Origin: a bacterium
GTDB taxonomy: Bacteria > Zhuqueibacterota > Zhuqueibacteria > Residuimicrobiales > Krinioviventaceae
Length of the DNA: 64,000 nt
NCBI GenBank assembly: GCA_963675755.2
Contig: CAXXMD010000003.1
Span: forward strand, 192,001 to 256,000
Reading direction: 5' to 3'
Below, piece by piece: positions 8,452 through 18,182 of this stretch. Under the pieces are notes generated by a model. It made no database searches, was not told where the DNA came from, and saw nothing but the letters and a program-made list of their open reading frames with translations. The stretch's first letter is position 1. Each line of letters begins with the position of its first letter. A program made the translations under genes and the position numbers.

Positions 8452-10707
8452 TCAATAACCAGCCAGAGGAGGCAGAGATTTTTTACTTGTTGCCCATCGT
8501 TTATTTTGTTTTTTTCCCATTTTAAAAACCAGTTCCCCGCCCTGTATTATATCTCTATGCTGAATCCAGGATTTATTCCATTTTTCACCATTCAATGTTA
8601 CAGATTGAATATACTTGTTTTCATCCGAAAAATTTTCAGCCCTGACAATAAATTGTTTACCGCTAAAAAGATTCAGCACTGCTTTATCAACTACCGGTGA
8701 ACCAAACACATAGATACTGTTTGCAGGATTTACAGGATAAAAACCCATTGCGCTGAAAACATACCAGGCAGACATTTGTCCACAATCTTCATTTCCACAT
8801 AGACCTTCCGGTGATTCGTCGTACAATGTTGTTAGAATCTGATGAACGCGTTCCTGAGTTTTCCAGGGTTGGGCCGCATAATTATAGAGATAAGCTATAT
8901 GGTGGCTGGGTTCATTTCCATGTGCATATTGTCCAATCAAACCGGTTATATCTACCGGAGTAACCTCTCCTTTAACAAACTCGTACGAGAAAAACTGGTT
9001 CAATTTTTTTACAAATTTCTTTTTCCCGCCCAACAGATCAATCAGCGAGTATGGATCCTGGGGTACAAACCAGTTATACTGCCATGCGTTACCTTCGGTG
9101 TAATCTCCTCGGTATTTTGAATAATTGGAATCAAAAGGCTCACGCCACTGTCCGTCAGATAATTTTGCCCTAAAAAATCCGGTTTCCGCATCAAAAACAT
9201 TATTATAATTTTTTGATCGTGCAATATAGGTATTATAATCTGTGTCCTTGCCCAACGCTTTAGCCATTTGAGCAATACCCCAGTCATCAAGCGCATATTC
9301 CAGGGTTTTTGACGCAGCTTCATTATCTTTATCGATAGGTACGTAACCCATATCCATATAATATTGCAGTCCGTCATAATCGCCCCATTCGGCACTGGCC
9401 TTGATAGCCTGCCATGCCTTCTCAACATCATAATTACGTATGCCTTTAAAATAAGCATCTACAATTACCGGTACCGAATGATAACCGGTCATGGTCCAGG
9501 CTTCGTTATGATAAATGGACCAAACCGGAAGCACTTTGTAAACGTTTTGATCATAATGAGCAAGCATGCTGTTAATAAAATCATTCACCAAATCCGGTTT
9601 TAATATCGTCATAAGTGGATGATACGCCCGATAAGTGTCCCACAATGAAAAGATGGTATAATTTTCAAAATCCTTTGCCTGGTGAATATTTTGATCGAGC
9701 CCTCTATACTGACCGTCAACATCCTGATGGATTTCCGGGAACAGCATACTATGATATAGAGAGGTATAAAACGTGGTGCGTGTTTTCGGATCTGCATCAA
9801 CATCAATCACACCAAGCTCTTCGTTCCATGCAGTTTCTGCTGCTCTAACTACATTATTAAAATCCCAGCCAGGGATTTCAGCACGTAAATTCTGAATGGC
9901 ACCGGCGGTACTGACACAAGACAAACCGATCTTAACATAAACAACCGGACTTTTAGTTTGTTCAAACGTAAAACTTGCCTTTAGATCCGTTCCGCCTTCC
10001 AACAAAGCATTACCAACGGATTTCCCATCTTTGTAAATAGTAAATTCTTTAACGGGTCTTGAGAATTCAATTGCAAAGTACAACTGACGCATTTTAGACC
10101 AGCCCATAACATGTTTACTGCCGGTAATCAATTGATCGTTTTCCACTCTGACAGAAGAATAGAGCACCTGCCGATCATAGACACCATGTACAAGATCCAA
10201 TAATATTTTAGGAGATACAGATTCCGGAAAGACATATTTATGCAGACCTGAACGTTTGGCTGCTGTTAAAGAGACCTCAATATCATAATCCTGCAAATAA
10301 ACCTGGTAAAATCCGGGTTTTGCAACCTCACGCTCATGCGTAAAGCGGGAACGATAACCTTCATCGGGATTTGATTTTCTACCCGGCTCAAGCTTGGTTT
10401 CGCCAATATAAGGCATTAAAAGGATATCACCCAATCCTCCCTTGCCGGTTCCACTGAGATGGGTGTGGCTGAACCCCATAATTGAACTATCAGAATAATG
10501 ATACCCGGAACACCAGTCCCATTCCCGTATGCCGGTATCAGGACTTAACTTCATCATGCCAAAAGGTACAACCGCTCCGGGGAACGTATGTCCATGCGCG
10601 CTCGTCCCAATCATGGGATCTACAAAATCACAATAATTTTTACTTTCAGGTGCTGCCCACAGTATAGTTGAAAAGAAAAATATACAGCACAAAAGTCTAT
10701 ATTTCAC
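8452..10707 (-). CDS. GH92 alpha-mannosidase, secreted
   Basis: VDPMIGT, GHTFPGA..PFGM, GFSHTHLSGTG, SLWDTYR, YTEGNAWQY, HGNEPSHH, GNEDCGQMSAW; catalytic motifs intact. Confidence 0.95.
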   Translation of the reverse strand: MKYRLLCCIFFFSTILWAAPESKNYCDFVDPMIGTSAHGHTFPGAVVPFGMMKLSPDTGIREWDWCSGYHYSDSSIMGFSHTHLSGTGKGGLGDILLMPYIGETKLEPGRKSNPDEGYRSRFTHEREVAKPGFYQVYLQDYDIEVSLTAAKRSGLHKYVFPESVSPKILLDLVHGVYDRQVLYSSVRVENDQLITGSKHVMGWSKMRQLYFAIEFSRPVKEFTIYKDGKSVGNALLEGGTDLKASFTFEQTKSPVVYVKIGLSCVSTAGAIQNLRAEIPGWDFNNVVRAAETAWNEELGVIDVDADPKTRTTFYTSLYHSMLFPEIHQDVDGQYRGLDQNIHQAKDFENYTIFSLWDTYRAYHPLMTILKPDLVNDFINSMLAHYDQNVYKVLPVWSIYHNEAWTMTGYHSVPVIVDAYFKGIRNYDVEKAWQAIKASAEWGDYDGLQYYMDMGYVPIDKDNEAASKTLEYALDDWGIAQMAKALGKDTDYNTYIARSKNYNNVFDAETGFFRAKLSDGQWREPFDSNYSKYRGDYTEGNAWQYNWFVPQDPYSLIDLLGGKKKFVKKLNQFFSYEFVKGEVTPVDITGLIGQYAHGNEPSHHIAYLYNYAAQPWKTQERVHQILTTLYDESPEGLCGNEDCGQMSAWYVFSAMGFYPVNPANSIYVFGSPVVDKAVLNLFSGKQFIVRAENFSDENKYIQSVTLNGEKWNKSWIQHRDIIQGGELVFKMGKKQNKRWATSKKSLPPLAGY

Positions 10708-12457
10708 GGGTGGGTCCTTCCTTTTTCAGCTCTTTTTTAATTGCTTTACCCAGAGTTTCAATTAAATACGGCTTACGAATATAGGGCCCTGCTCCTAATT
10801 GCTGGGCTTTAATGACACGTTCAGTTTCTGCGTATCCGCTGGTGATGATTGCTTTTTGATCGGGATTAATTTGCAGCAACCTCTCATAGGTTTCCAATCC
10901 GTCAATTCCAGGTTCCATTATCATATCCAGCACAAACAAATCAATAGCATGCTCTTTTAAATAGGCTACAGCTTCTTCCCCGCTCGGCACGGTCACTACC
11001 CTGTAATTCAACTTTTGCAGAATTGTAGATGCAATCTCTCGTTGTTTTTCAAGATCGTCAACAACCATAATCAACTCACCATTCCCCATAATCTTGGCCA
11101 GCTTGTTTTCAGGTGTGTCCGGTTGATTTTCAAAATGGGTAGCAGGGAAAAACAATTCAAAAGCCGTCTCTTTGTTCCCCAAATTAGAAACATCAATATA
11201 ACCGGTATGATCTTTAATAACACCCCAAACAACAGCCATTCCCAGTCCTGAACCTCCCAGGCCCATAACTTTTTTGGTATAAAAAGGTTCAAATATTCTC
11301 TTTAGATTCTCATCACTCAGTTCCAGATTATCACTTTTCACCCGGATTACAACATAATCACCCTCGGGGATACGTTCATACCCGATAAATGCATGGTCAA
11401 CATGTTTATTTACGGTTGAAATCTTGACAGTTCCCCCATTGCCCATACACTCGTATACAAAAGTCAGCAAATTACCAATCACTTTATTCACGTGTGAGGG
11501 AGAACATTTCACAGACAATATTTTGTTCACCAGTTTATTGATCAAATTTATATTTGAATAATACATCTCAAGCTTTTCGTGCTCCAGAGAATTTAAATAC
11601 TCTTCAATAATGGTATTCAAATTAAACACAGCAGGCATAACCAAACCACGACGCGCGAGCATGAGCAAGTCCTGTACAATTGATGCCGCTTTTAATCCGG
11701 CCTCTTGAATACTCATGATCGGTCTTTTCAGATTGCTGTCCTCTGGTAATTCCATCAATACCAGATCCGGATAACTTACAATGCCCGTCAATATATTGTT
11801 CAGATCATGCGCTACCCCACCAGCCAGGGTTCCAATTGCTTCCATCTTTTCAGAACGGGCAAGTTTTTCTTTCAACGTATCCCGCTCCTGCTCTGCCCGG
11901 TAAATGTCAGAAGTATCCAAAGCAAACCCAATAATACCAACTACATTTCCATCCATATCTTTATAGGGCACTTTACTTACAAGTAGATGTCTTTCACCGC
12001 GCGATGTATTTACAAAAACTGTCTGGTTCAACACCGGTATTTTCTTTTCTAAAACAATTTTATCACTCGCAAAAAAAGAATCTGCGTCAGAGGGAAACAA
12101 GTCGGCATGTGTCTTGCCGATATAGTCCTGCACTACTCCACCAAAAGTTTCTGCAAAACCCTTGTTCAATCTGATATATTTTTCATTAACGTCTTTGTAA
12201 AATATCATACCCGGGGAAGCGTCTACCATGATTTCCAATTGCTCATTTTTCATCTTGAGAACATTTTGCAGCTGTGCCAGCTGTTCAGTCCGCTCTTCAA
12301 CATTTTTTTCCATATTGGAATAAAGATCAAAATATTTAGAAATCGAGTCTTCATTTTCTTTTCGCGTTAATTCCAGGTCATTGGACAAATGCTTAACTCG
12401 GGTTTCAAGCATTTTGATTTTGGTTTCCAATTCCTCAATATGTTTTGAATCAGACAT
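10697..12457 (-). CDS. Cytoplasmic PAS hybrid histidine kinase/receiver with a degenerate ATP-binding domain
   Basis: Coiled coil, PAS, H-box AHDLNNIL, F-box IFEPFYT, G2 GSGLGM, receiver VVDD...LDMIM...KP; N-box reads NLLTF and G1 reads SDNLEL. Confidence 0.88.
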   Translation of the reverse strand: MSDSKHIEELETKIKMLETRVKHLSNDLELTRKENEDSISKYFDLYSNMEKNVEERTEQLAQLQNVLKMKNEQLEIMVDASPGMIFYKDVNEKYIRLNKGFAETFGGVVQDYIGKTHADLFPSDADSFFASDKIVLEKKIPVLNQTVFVNTSRGERHLLVSKVPYKDMDGNVVGIIGFALDTSDIYRAEQERDTLKEKLARSEKMEAIGTLAGGVAHDLNNILTGIVSYPDLVLMELPEDSNLKRPIMSIQEAGLKAASIVQDLLMLARRGLVMPAVFNLNTIIEEYLNSLEHEKLEMYYSNINLINKLVNKILSVKCSPSHVNKVIGNLLTFVYECMGNGGTVKISTVNKHVDHAFIGYERIPEGDYVVIRVKSDNLELSDENLKRIFEPFYTKKVMGLGGSGLGMAVVWGVIKDHTGYIDVSNLGNKETAFELFFPATHFENQPDTPENKLAKIMGNGELIMVVDDLEKQREIASTILQKLNYRVVTVPSGEEAVAYLKEHAIDLFVLDMIMEPGIDGLETYERLLQINPDQKAIITSGYAETERVIKAQQLGAGPYIRKPYLIETLGKAIKKELKKEGPTREI

Positions 12458-13338
12458 TAAAATACTCCCTGTATTTCCATTGCGCGCAATTCTTTTTTCA
12501 TATCGCTGATGATATAATCAAATGCATAAGGCCCAATATCCATAGCCTTGCTGCATTGACGAAACAAATCATCATCAACTTTGGGGGCGTCACAATATCC
12601 TACCCTGTTGTCCTGCCCTAAATAATCCGCTAAATATAATGTGTAAACCATTCGCTGCATATATGCCTGCTGCACAAGCAATGGCTGATGATGGAATCCT
12701 ATTGCGGCGACAAGCTCTTCCGGTAGCTGCCAGTTCCTGGTTATGGCCATGCCCACTTCGGCATGATTAATTCCCAGAATCTCATTTTCAACTTTGATGA
12801 GATTGATCTTTTCCTGTTCTGACTTTATCAGGCATTTTTGAAAATCATTCTGCATAAACTGATCAATGGCAATAATACCAATATTTCTCAATAATCCCGC
12901 CGCGTAAATATCGTCACCTTTTTCTCCAAATTCTCGTCTGTAAATCATTTTACCTAGTATAGCAACCCCTACGCTATTTTTCCATAATTTGTAGCGGGAA
13001 TAACCTTTAATGGATTCATCCTTGTCAAATATCTCGCACACTTTTTGGTTCAACGCTAGTTCTTTAACAGCATCATACCCCACCCATATCACTGCATGCT
13101 CTACATCACTTATTTTGGTACGCCTGGCATAATGCGCAGAATTTGCAAGTTTAAGCACTTTGGCAGTCAGGGGTGGATCAATCTGTATAATCTCTTTGAG
13201 TTCTTTGGCTGTGGATGCCGAATCACTGATCGTTTTAATAATATTTGAAACAACACTCTTGATTGATGAAATATCTGATTCATTGACCAGATTTACAATC
13301 TCGTTCAGCTTTTCCTGCTTGACTTCTGATACTTCCAT
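12457..13338 (-). CDS. HDOD domain signalling protein
   Basis: IQIDPPLTAKVLKLANSAHY, AAGLLRNIG, LGINHAEVG...WQLPEELVAAIGFHHQP. Confidence 0.9.
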   Translation of the reverse strand: MEVSEVKQEKLNEIVNLVNESDISSIKSVVSNIIKTISDSASTAKELKEIIQIDPPLTAKVLKLANSAHYARRTKISDVEHAVIWVGYDAVKELALNQKVCEIFDKDESIKGYSRYKLWKNSVGVAILGKMIYRREFGEKGDDIYAAGLLRNIGIIAIDQFMQNDFQKCLIKSEQEKINLIKVENEILGINHAEVGMAITRNWQLPEELVAAIGFHHQPLLVQQAYMQRMVYTLYLADYLGQDNRVGYCDAPKVDDDLFRQCSKAMDIGPYAFDYIISDMKKELRAMEIQGVF

Positions 13339-13368
13339 ATAATATAACCTGCCTGCTTTTTAAAAAAT

Positions 13369-14739
13369 TTAACGTTTCATCAATTTGTCAATCAATTCCT
13401 GATTCTCATTACGAGCTTTAATATCCTCTAAAAAACGATCTGCTTCTTTAATAAGAGATTGAACGATCTCGGGTTTCTCATTGTATAAATCATATTTTTC
13501 AGATGGATCGACTAATAAATCATATAATTCATAAGGATCACATTCCTGCCACGAATAATCGCCCGGACTTTTACGAAAATGGAGTTTATATCGTCCTACC
13601 CGTATGGCGTTCAATTGATCGTTATAATAGTAATAAATTTTCTCTGTTTCAGAATTGGCGGATCCAACCAGTACGTCCATCATGTCACGTCCATCTATAA
13701 TCCTGTCTGCAGGAGTCTCAAGCCCTGCCAGCTTTAAACAGGTTGCAAACAGGTCCATGGTTGTACCCATTTCAGTCGTTACCTTTCCTTTAGGAATACG
13801 TGGTGGATATTTGGCAATAAAAGGAACCCGCATACCTCCCTCCCAGGTGGTTGCCTTGTATCCCCGCAGCAATCCTGAACTGCCGCCATTCTGTTTCTGA
13901 ATCATCCAGGGGCCATTATCACTGGTAAAAACAACAAACGTATTGTCTTCAAGCCCGTTACGTTTCAACGCATCCATTACCTGGCCAACACTCCAGTCAA
14001 TTTCCTCTATCACGTCTCCGTACAATCCGCGTTTTGAAGTATCTCTAAAATCATCCGATACATGCAGTGGTATGTGCGGCATGGAATGGGCAAGATATAA
14101 AAAGAAAGGTTTTTCTTTAGCTCTCTCTATAAATTCTATGGATTCCCTTGTATAATTCTTTGTCAGCAGATCCTGATTTGCAGGTTGTTCGATAATTTCT
14201 TCATTGCGCATAATGGGAATGGGTGGATCACCCCGCCGTTCAGAATTCATATCATTACTGTATGGAATGCCATAATAATAATCAAAACCCCTACTGGTGG
14301 GCAGATATTCTTTATGGTGGCCCAAATGCCATTTACCAACACAAGCTGTAGCATATCCTTTTTGTTTTAACAGATCTGCTAATGTAATCTCTGATTGGGG
14401 CAGACCAATATCATGATACGGAAAGAACACTTTGACCACCCCTGTTCGAATGGGCCATCTTCCGGTTAACAAGGCAGCGCGTGAAGGAGAACATACAGGA
14501 TTCGCAGTATAAAACTGGGTCATAATTACCCCGTCATCTGCCAATCGGTCAAGATTCGGAGTTTTAATTGTTGGATGCCCTGTTCGGGTAGTATCGCCAT
14601 AACCCATATCATCTACAAAAATGACAACTATATTGGGTAATGTGTTTTTACTCTTTGTACATCCTGCGGTAAACTGCCCCAAACATAAAGCACCCATGCC
14701 CACAGAAATATTTTTTAAAAACTGACGGCGATTTTCCAT
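13369..14739 (-). CDS. S1 family Cys-type sulfatase, Tat-exported lipoprotein
   Basis: RRQFLK twin-arginine motif and AGC lipobox; DDMGYGD, CSPSRAALLTGR, GKWHLG, SDNG. Confidence 0.93.
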   Translation of the reverse strand: MENRRQFLKNISVGMGALCLGQFTAGCTKSKNTLPNIVVIFVDDMGYGDTTRTGHPTIKTPNLDRLADDGVIMTQFYTANPVCSPSRAALLTGRWPIRTGVVKVFFPYHDIGLPQSEITLADLLKQKGYATACVGKWHLGHHKEYLPTSRGFDYYYGIPYSNDMNSERRGDPPIPIMRNEEIIEQPANQDLLTKNYTRESIEFIERAKEKPFFLYLAHSMPHIPLHVSDDFRDTSKRGLYGDVIEEIDWSVGQVMDALKRNGLEDNTFVVFTSDNGPWMIQKQNGGSSGLLRGYKATTWEGGMRVPFIAKYPPRIPKGKVTTEMGTTMDLFATCLKLAGLETPADRIIDGRDMMDVLVGSANSETEKIYYYYNDQLNAIRVGRYKLHFRKSPGDYSWQECDPYELYDLLVDPSEKYDLYNEKPEIVQSLIKEADRFLEDIKARNENQELIDKLMKR

Positions 14740-14791
14740 AATATCCTCAATAATTCCATTAAATCAGTATGCAATAACAATTCCAGAATCG

Positions 14792-16018
14792 CTATTGCAA
14801 CAAAACCTGATCCATATGAACTGCTTTAATATGATATAATCGGCGTAATAGTTCAATACAGGCCCTGCCATTATTGAAAGGACCTTTCCAGGGAGAGACT
14901 TTGGGAGATGTTTGTATTGGCTCAAGACCACGGGTAACTTTCCAATGCCATTCTTTGTTAACCGTATCAATCAAATTTTTCTCAATAAATAACCAGCTAT
15001 TGACCGAAGCTTCATAATAACGTCTATCCTGTGAGATCATAAAAGCATTTAAAAAACCAACAGCAGCTTCGGCCTGGGGCCACCAATGTTTATCAAAATC
15101 TGTAATTTCTTTTTGGGTTGCCTGATAAAACAATCCATTGTCTAAATCCGTACCTTCTTCCAGTGTTGTATCAGCAATATTTAAAGCAAGCTGTTCAACC
15201 TGCTCAATAACATCTTTGTTGCCCAGAACCTGTGCTGCTTCGCACAAAATCCAGGAGCTTTCCATATCCAAACCAAAAGATATCTGATTTGAAGTCTCAT
15301 TCCAACTTTTATTAAAATATAATCTAAAATGCATAGAATCTGCGTTGATAATCTTTTCTAAAAAAAGCTCTATCAATTCTTTTAATCTGTAAAACAAATT
15401 CCCGTCTTTCCATATTCTGCACAAACTGGTAAACGCCCCAAGGATATATAAATGTGTCAACAATGAACGATTCGCCAGTTTGCTATTTTCACCGGATCTG
15501 GAAGCATTCAAAGGCGTCCAGTCTCTTTTAAATGCTTCACTATACCCCAAATTTTCATCATCATGACTTTTTTCTTCCATTAAATCAAAAAGATTAGTTG
15601 CATACTGTAAAACATTCATATCCTGAGTGACTTTATAATGTTCAACAAGAGCAGAAATTAAAAAAGCCTGACCATATATTTCTTTTTGTGTGTCTATCAC
15701 TTTACCTTCAGCATTTAACTGCCAGTAAGCACCACCATATTTTACATCAAGGAAATGTTCAACAATATAATCAAAGGATTGTTGAGCAAACGGCAGGTAA
15801 ATATCACGTTTTTCATACAGACAAATACTGGAAAAAACCCAAAGCAACTGAGCATTTAACACCAGTGACTTGGGGGCCTGATAAATAGGGAATCCATCGA
15901 ATGTCACCTTGCCTACAAAACCACCATTTTGAGTATCAATCGCGACAGTTCTCCAAAATGGTAAAATATTCTCAAACAAGTTTTTGTAAACCCGATGTGA
16001 GAATTCTTTAATTTCCAT
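14792..16018 (-). CDS. AGE/cellobiose 2-epimerase family protein, catalytic histidines absent
   Basis: ENILPFW...D..NGGF.G, YGQAF, WWPQAEA..GF, WK.P..NGRAC fold signatures; His positions read LYIL, GLDME and PFNNG. Confidence 0.85.
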   Translation of the reverse strand: MEIKEFSHRVYKNLFENILPFWRTVAIDTQNGGFVGKVTFDGFPIYQAPKSLVLNAQLLWVFSSICLYEKRDIYLPFAQQSFDYIVEHFLDVKYGGAYWQLNAEGKVIDTQKEIYGQAFLISALVEHYKVTQDMNVLQYATNLFDLMEEKSHDDENLGYSEAFKRDWTPLNASRSGENSKLANRSLLTHLYILGAFTSLCRIWKDGNLFYRLKELIELFLEKIINADSMHFRLYFNKSWNETSNQISFGLDMESSWILCEAAQVLGNKDVIEQVEQLALNIADTTLEEGTDLDNGLFYQATQKEITDFDKHWWPQAEAAVGFLNAFMISQDRRYYEASVNSWLFIEKNLIDTVNKEWHWKVTRGLEPIQTSPKVSPWKGPFNNGRACIELLRRLYHIKAVHMDQVLLQ

Positions 16019-17819
16019 ACTCTACTTCCACTCTTGAAAAATCAGTTATTCCATTGCATTGAATTTTTAAAAATCTTGAATATACCGGAAACCTGTCAGC
16101 CTCATACAACTGTGCAGATGGTTGTTTATTACTAAAACCAGGAAAACTATAGTTTGACCTCTTTAATTGCAAGGGGATATATTGCTTTCCGTTTTGAGAA
16201 ACCCAAAAGTTTGGATCAAATACCGAATCCGGAAAACAAGTCAACAAGTTTATCGATTTCATCTGGCCTGGTAAATGGTATTCAAGGACCGTTCCCGTAT
16301 CTGCTCTTAGACAATGTTCATCAGGAATTTCTGTATCACATTGATTCGATAACAGATTAAAAGGTCCATCATTTAATAAAACTTTATCGTTTGTATTAAA
16401 ATGATCAATAAATGTATAAAAATCAACCTTTTTCGACAAAACAGGCGCAGAGGGAGCAGAGCGGCCAGTCTGATTTGCTGCAATTACTCTGTAATAATAA
16501 CGCTTGCCGACTTTAACGGTTGTATCATGATAAAGGGAATCAAAATAATTACTTGTATCTGCAATTTGTGCAATGGATTGCCATCGACCAGTTAGACCAT
16601 TTGCACGCTCCAGAATATAATACTCTGCTCCTGCTGATCCCTGCCAGTTAATAGCAGATACATTTGTTACTGGTAACATTTGTGGAATTCCGGGTGAATG
16701 GATATTTTGCTCAATTATATCATTTATTTGACAGTTGTAATTTATTATTATTCCGGGAATTGAAAATTCATCCTGGTTTTCATTCGATAAATTACCAGTC
16801 CAGCAGAATGAGCCACTAAATATTGAATCTGATCTACAATAACGATAAAATCCGCCATCTCTGCTGTGAATATTTAAATTAGAAATCAAAGCGCCACTGG
16901 CATTCATCGCAATAGACTGATCCATTAATTTCATAAAGTTTGTGTTGCAGGAATTCCCATGATAAATCAAATACCATGGTTTTGCAAAATCAGTGCTATC
17001 CATTATGGATTTTACAATAGCTGTTTTTTTTAAAATCGAATCACAATCCATATTTACAGTAAAAATATCAATATTCGGCTCAGAAAATACAGCAGATTCT
17101 ATATCAAAATCAAATGAACCCGAGGCCAGTAGATGATAGGGATCCATCTTTTTGATAAATCCGGACATTAACCGAATCCACTCATCAGGAGCTTTAATAT
17201 CAGAACAGAGTTCCCATGCTAAAATGGCTTTGTCTTTATTGTATTTTTTACCGGTATAAATATTTCTTCTATTCAGCAGGTAACGAATGGTTTGCTGGAA
17301 ATCATGAATAATCTGTTGATCACTCCAAAATGCATCTACCGACTTTTCCCGAAAGCTTGCATACTCTGCAATTCCTCCCCAACCTGAATCGTTTCCTGCC
17401 AGGGGTATAATGAGTCGAATTCCCATCTTGTTGGCATAATACAAGACCTTGTCCAAAGTTTGAAAGGCAGTCTCATTAAAAATTCCGGGGGATTCAACAT
17501 GTACGGGTTTTTCATTGGGATCATGAATGGTTCTAACAGTTAACGGATTCAATCTGATAACATCAACACCCATTTGTTTAACGCTATTCAATGCATCCAG
17601 AATCTCAAAATTGTCCGGGAACCGCCATGGCAATTCCGCACCATAGCGATAATGGTTATCAATGTAATGCAAATTCGGCACAGTAAACGACACAAAACGG
17701 ATTTCTTTATCACCCAAATATAACCTGCCGCTATCTGCACTTGTAAATGTGTGGATTAGTGTGTCCGCAAACAAGATCGAAGGTATGATTAAGCATAAAA
17801 AACCGCATTTTATCTTCAT
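16008..17819 (-). CDS. GH5 mannanase-like protein with Fn3 domain, catalytic glutamates absent
   Basis: Signal peptide; FNETAFQTLDKVL...GIRLIIPL, WGG...Y, NRRNIYTGKKYNKDKAILAWE; WQGSAGAEYY and YYYRVIAAN (Fn3); the NE motif reads SD. Confidence 0.75.
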   Translation of the reverse strand: MKIKCGFLCLIIPSILFADTLIHTFTSADSGRLYLGDKEIRFVSFTVPNLHYIDNHYRYGAELPWRFPDNFEILDALNSVKQMGVDVIRLNPLTVRTIHDPNEKPVHVESPGIFNETAFQTLDKVLYYANKMGIRLIIPLAGNDSGWGGIAEYASFREKSVDAFWSDQQIIHDFQQTIRYLLNRRNIYTGKKYNKDKAILAWELCSDIKAPDEWIRLMSGFIKKMDPYHLLASGSFDFDIESAVFSEPNIDIFTVNMDCDSILKKTAIVKSIMDSTDFAKPWYLIYHGNSCNTNFMKLMDQSIAMNASGALISNLNIHSRDGGFYRYCRSDSIFSGSFCWTGNLSNENQDEFSIPGIIINYNCQINDIIEQNIHSPGIPQMLPVTNVSAINWQGSAGAEYYILERANGLTGRWQSIAQIADTSNYFDSLYHDTTVKVGKRYYYRVIAANQTGRSAPSAPVLSKKVDFYTFIDHFNTNDKVLLNDGPFNLLSNQCDTEIPDEHCLRADTGTVLEYHLPGQMKSINLLTCFPDSVFDPNFWVSQNGKQYIPLQLKRSNYSFPGFSNKQPSAQLYEADRFPVYSRFLKIQCNGITDFSRVEVEYGN

Positions 17820-18182
17820 GGTACTCTCTAAGAATAGGAAGTTTAATGTATACCTATTTGTTATAATATAAAGCGCAACAAAGAATAATGATAGAGCGTG
17901 CTCTCATAAATCCATGCGGAAAATAAAATAAATCAATCAAACTAAACTTGTAAAACATTGAATATATAACAATTAAATTCAAGGTACGAAACAAGCTAAT
18001 ATAATTCAAGAATTTATACAAATATTATCTAAAAGTTGAGTTGCATCACTTTACAGCTTGAAAAAACAATGTATTTTTCAAAAAAACAATTGACTAACAT
18101 AATTAATTTTAATAACTTTATAATTATGGGGTCAAAACTCTAAAAAACATTAACATACAATAAAATAAAATTGGAGGGTAAA

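Noticed and set aside
17820-18170. 350-bp AT-rich intergenic region as a possible ncRNA or mobile-element scar
   Set aside because: No stable structure, terminal repeats or convincing ORF seen. Consistent with divergent promoters.
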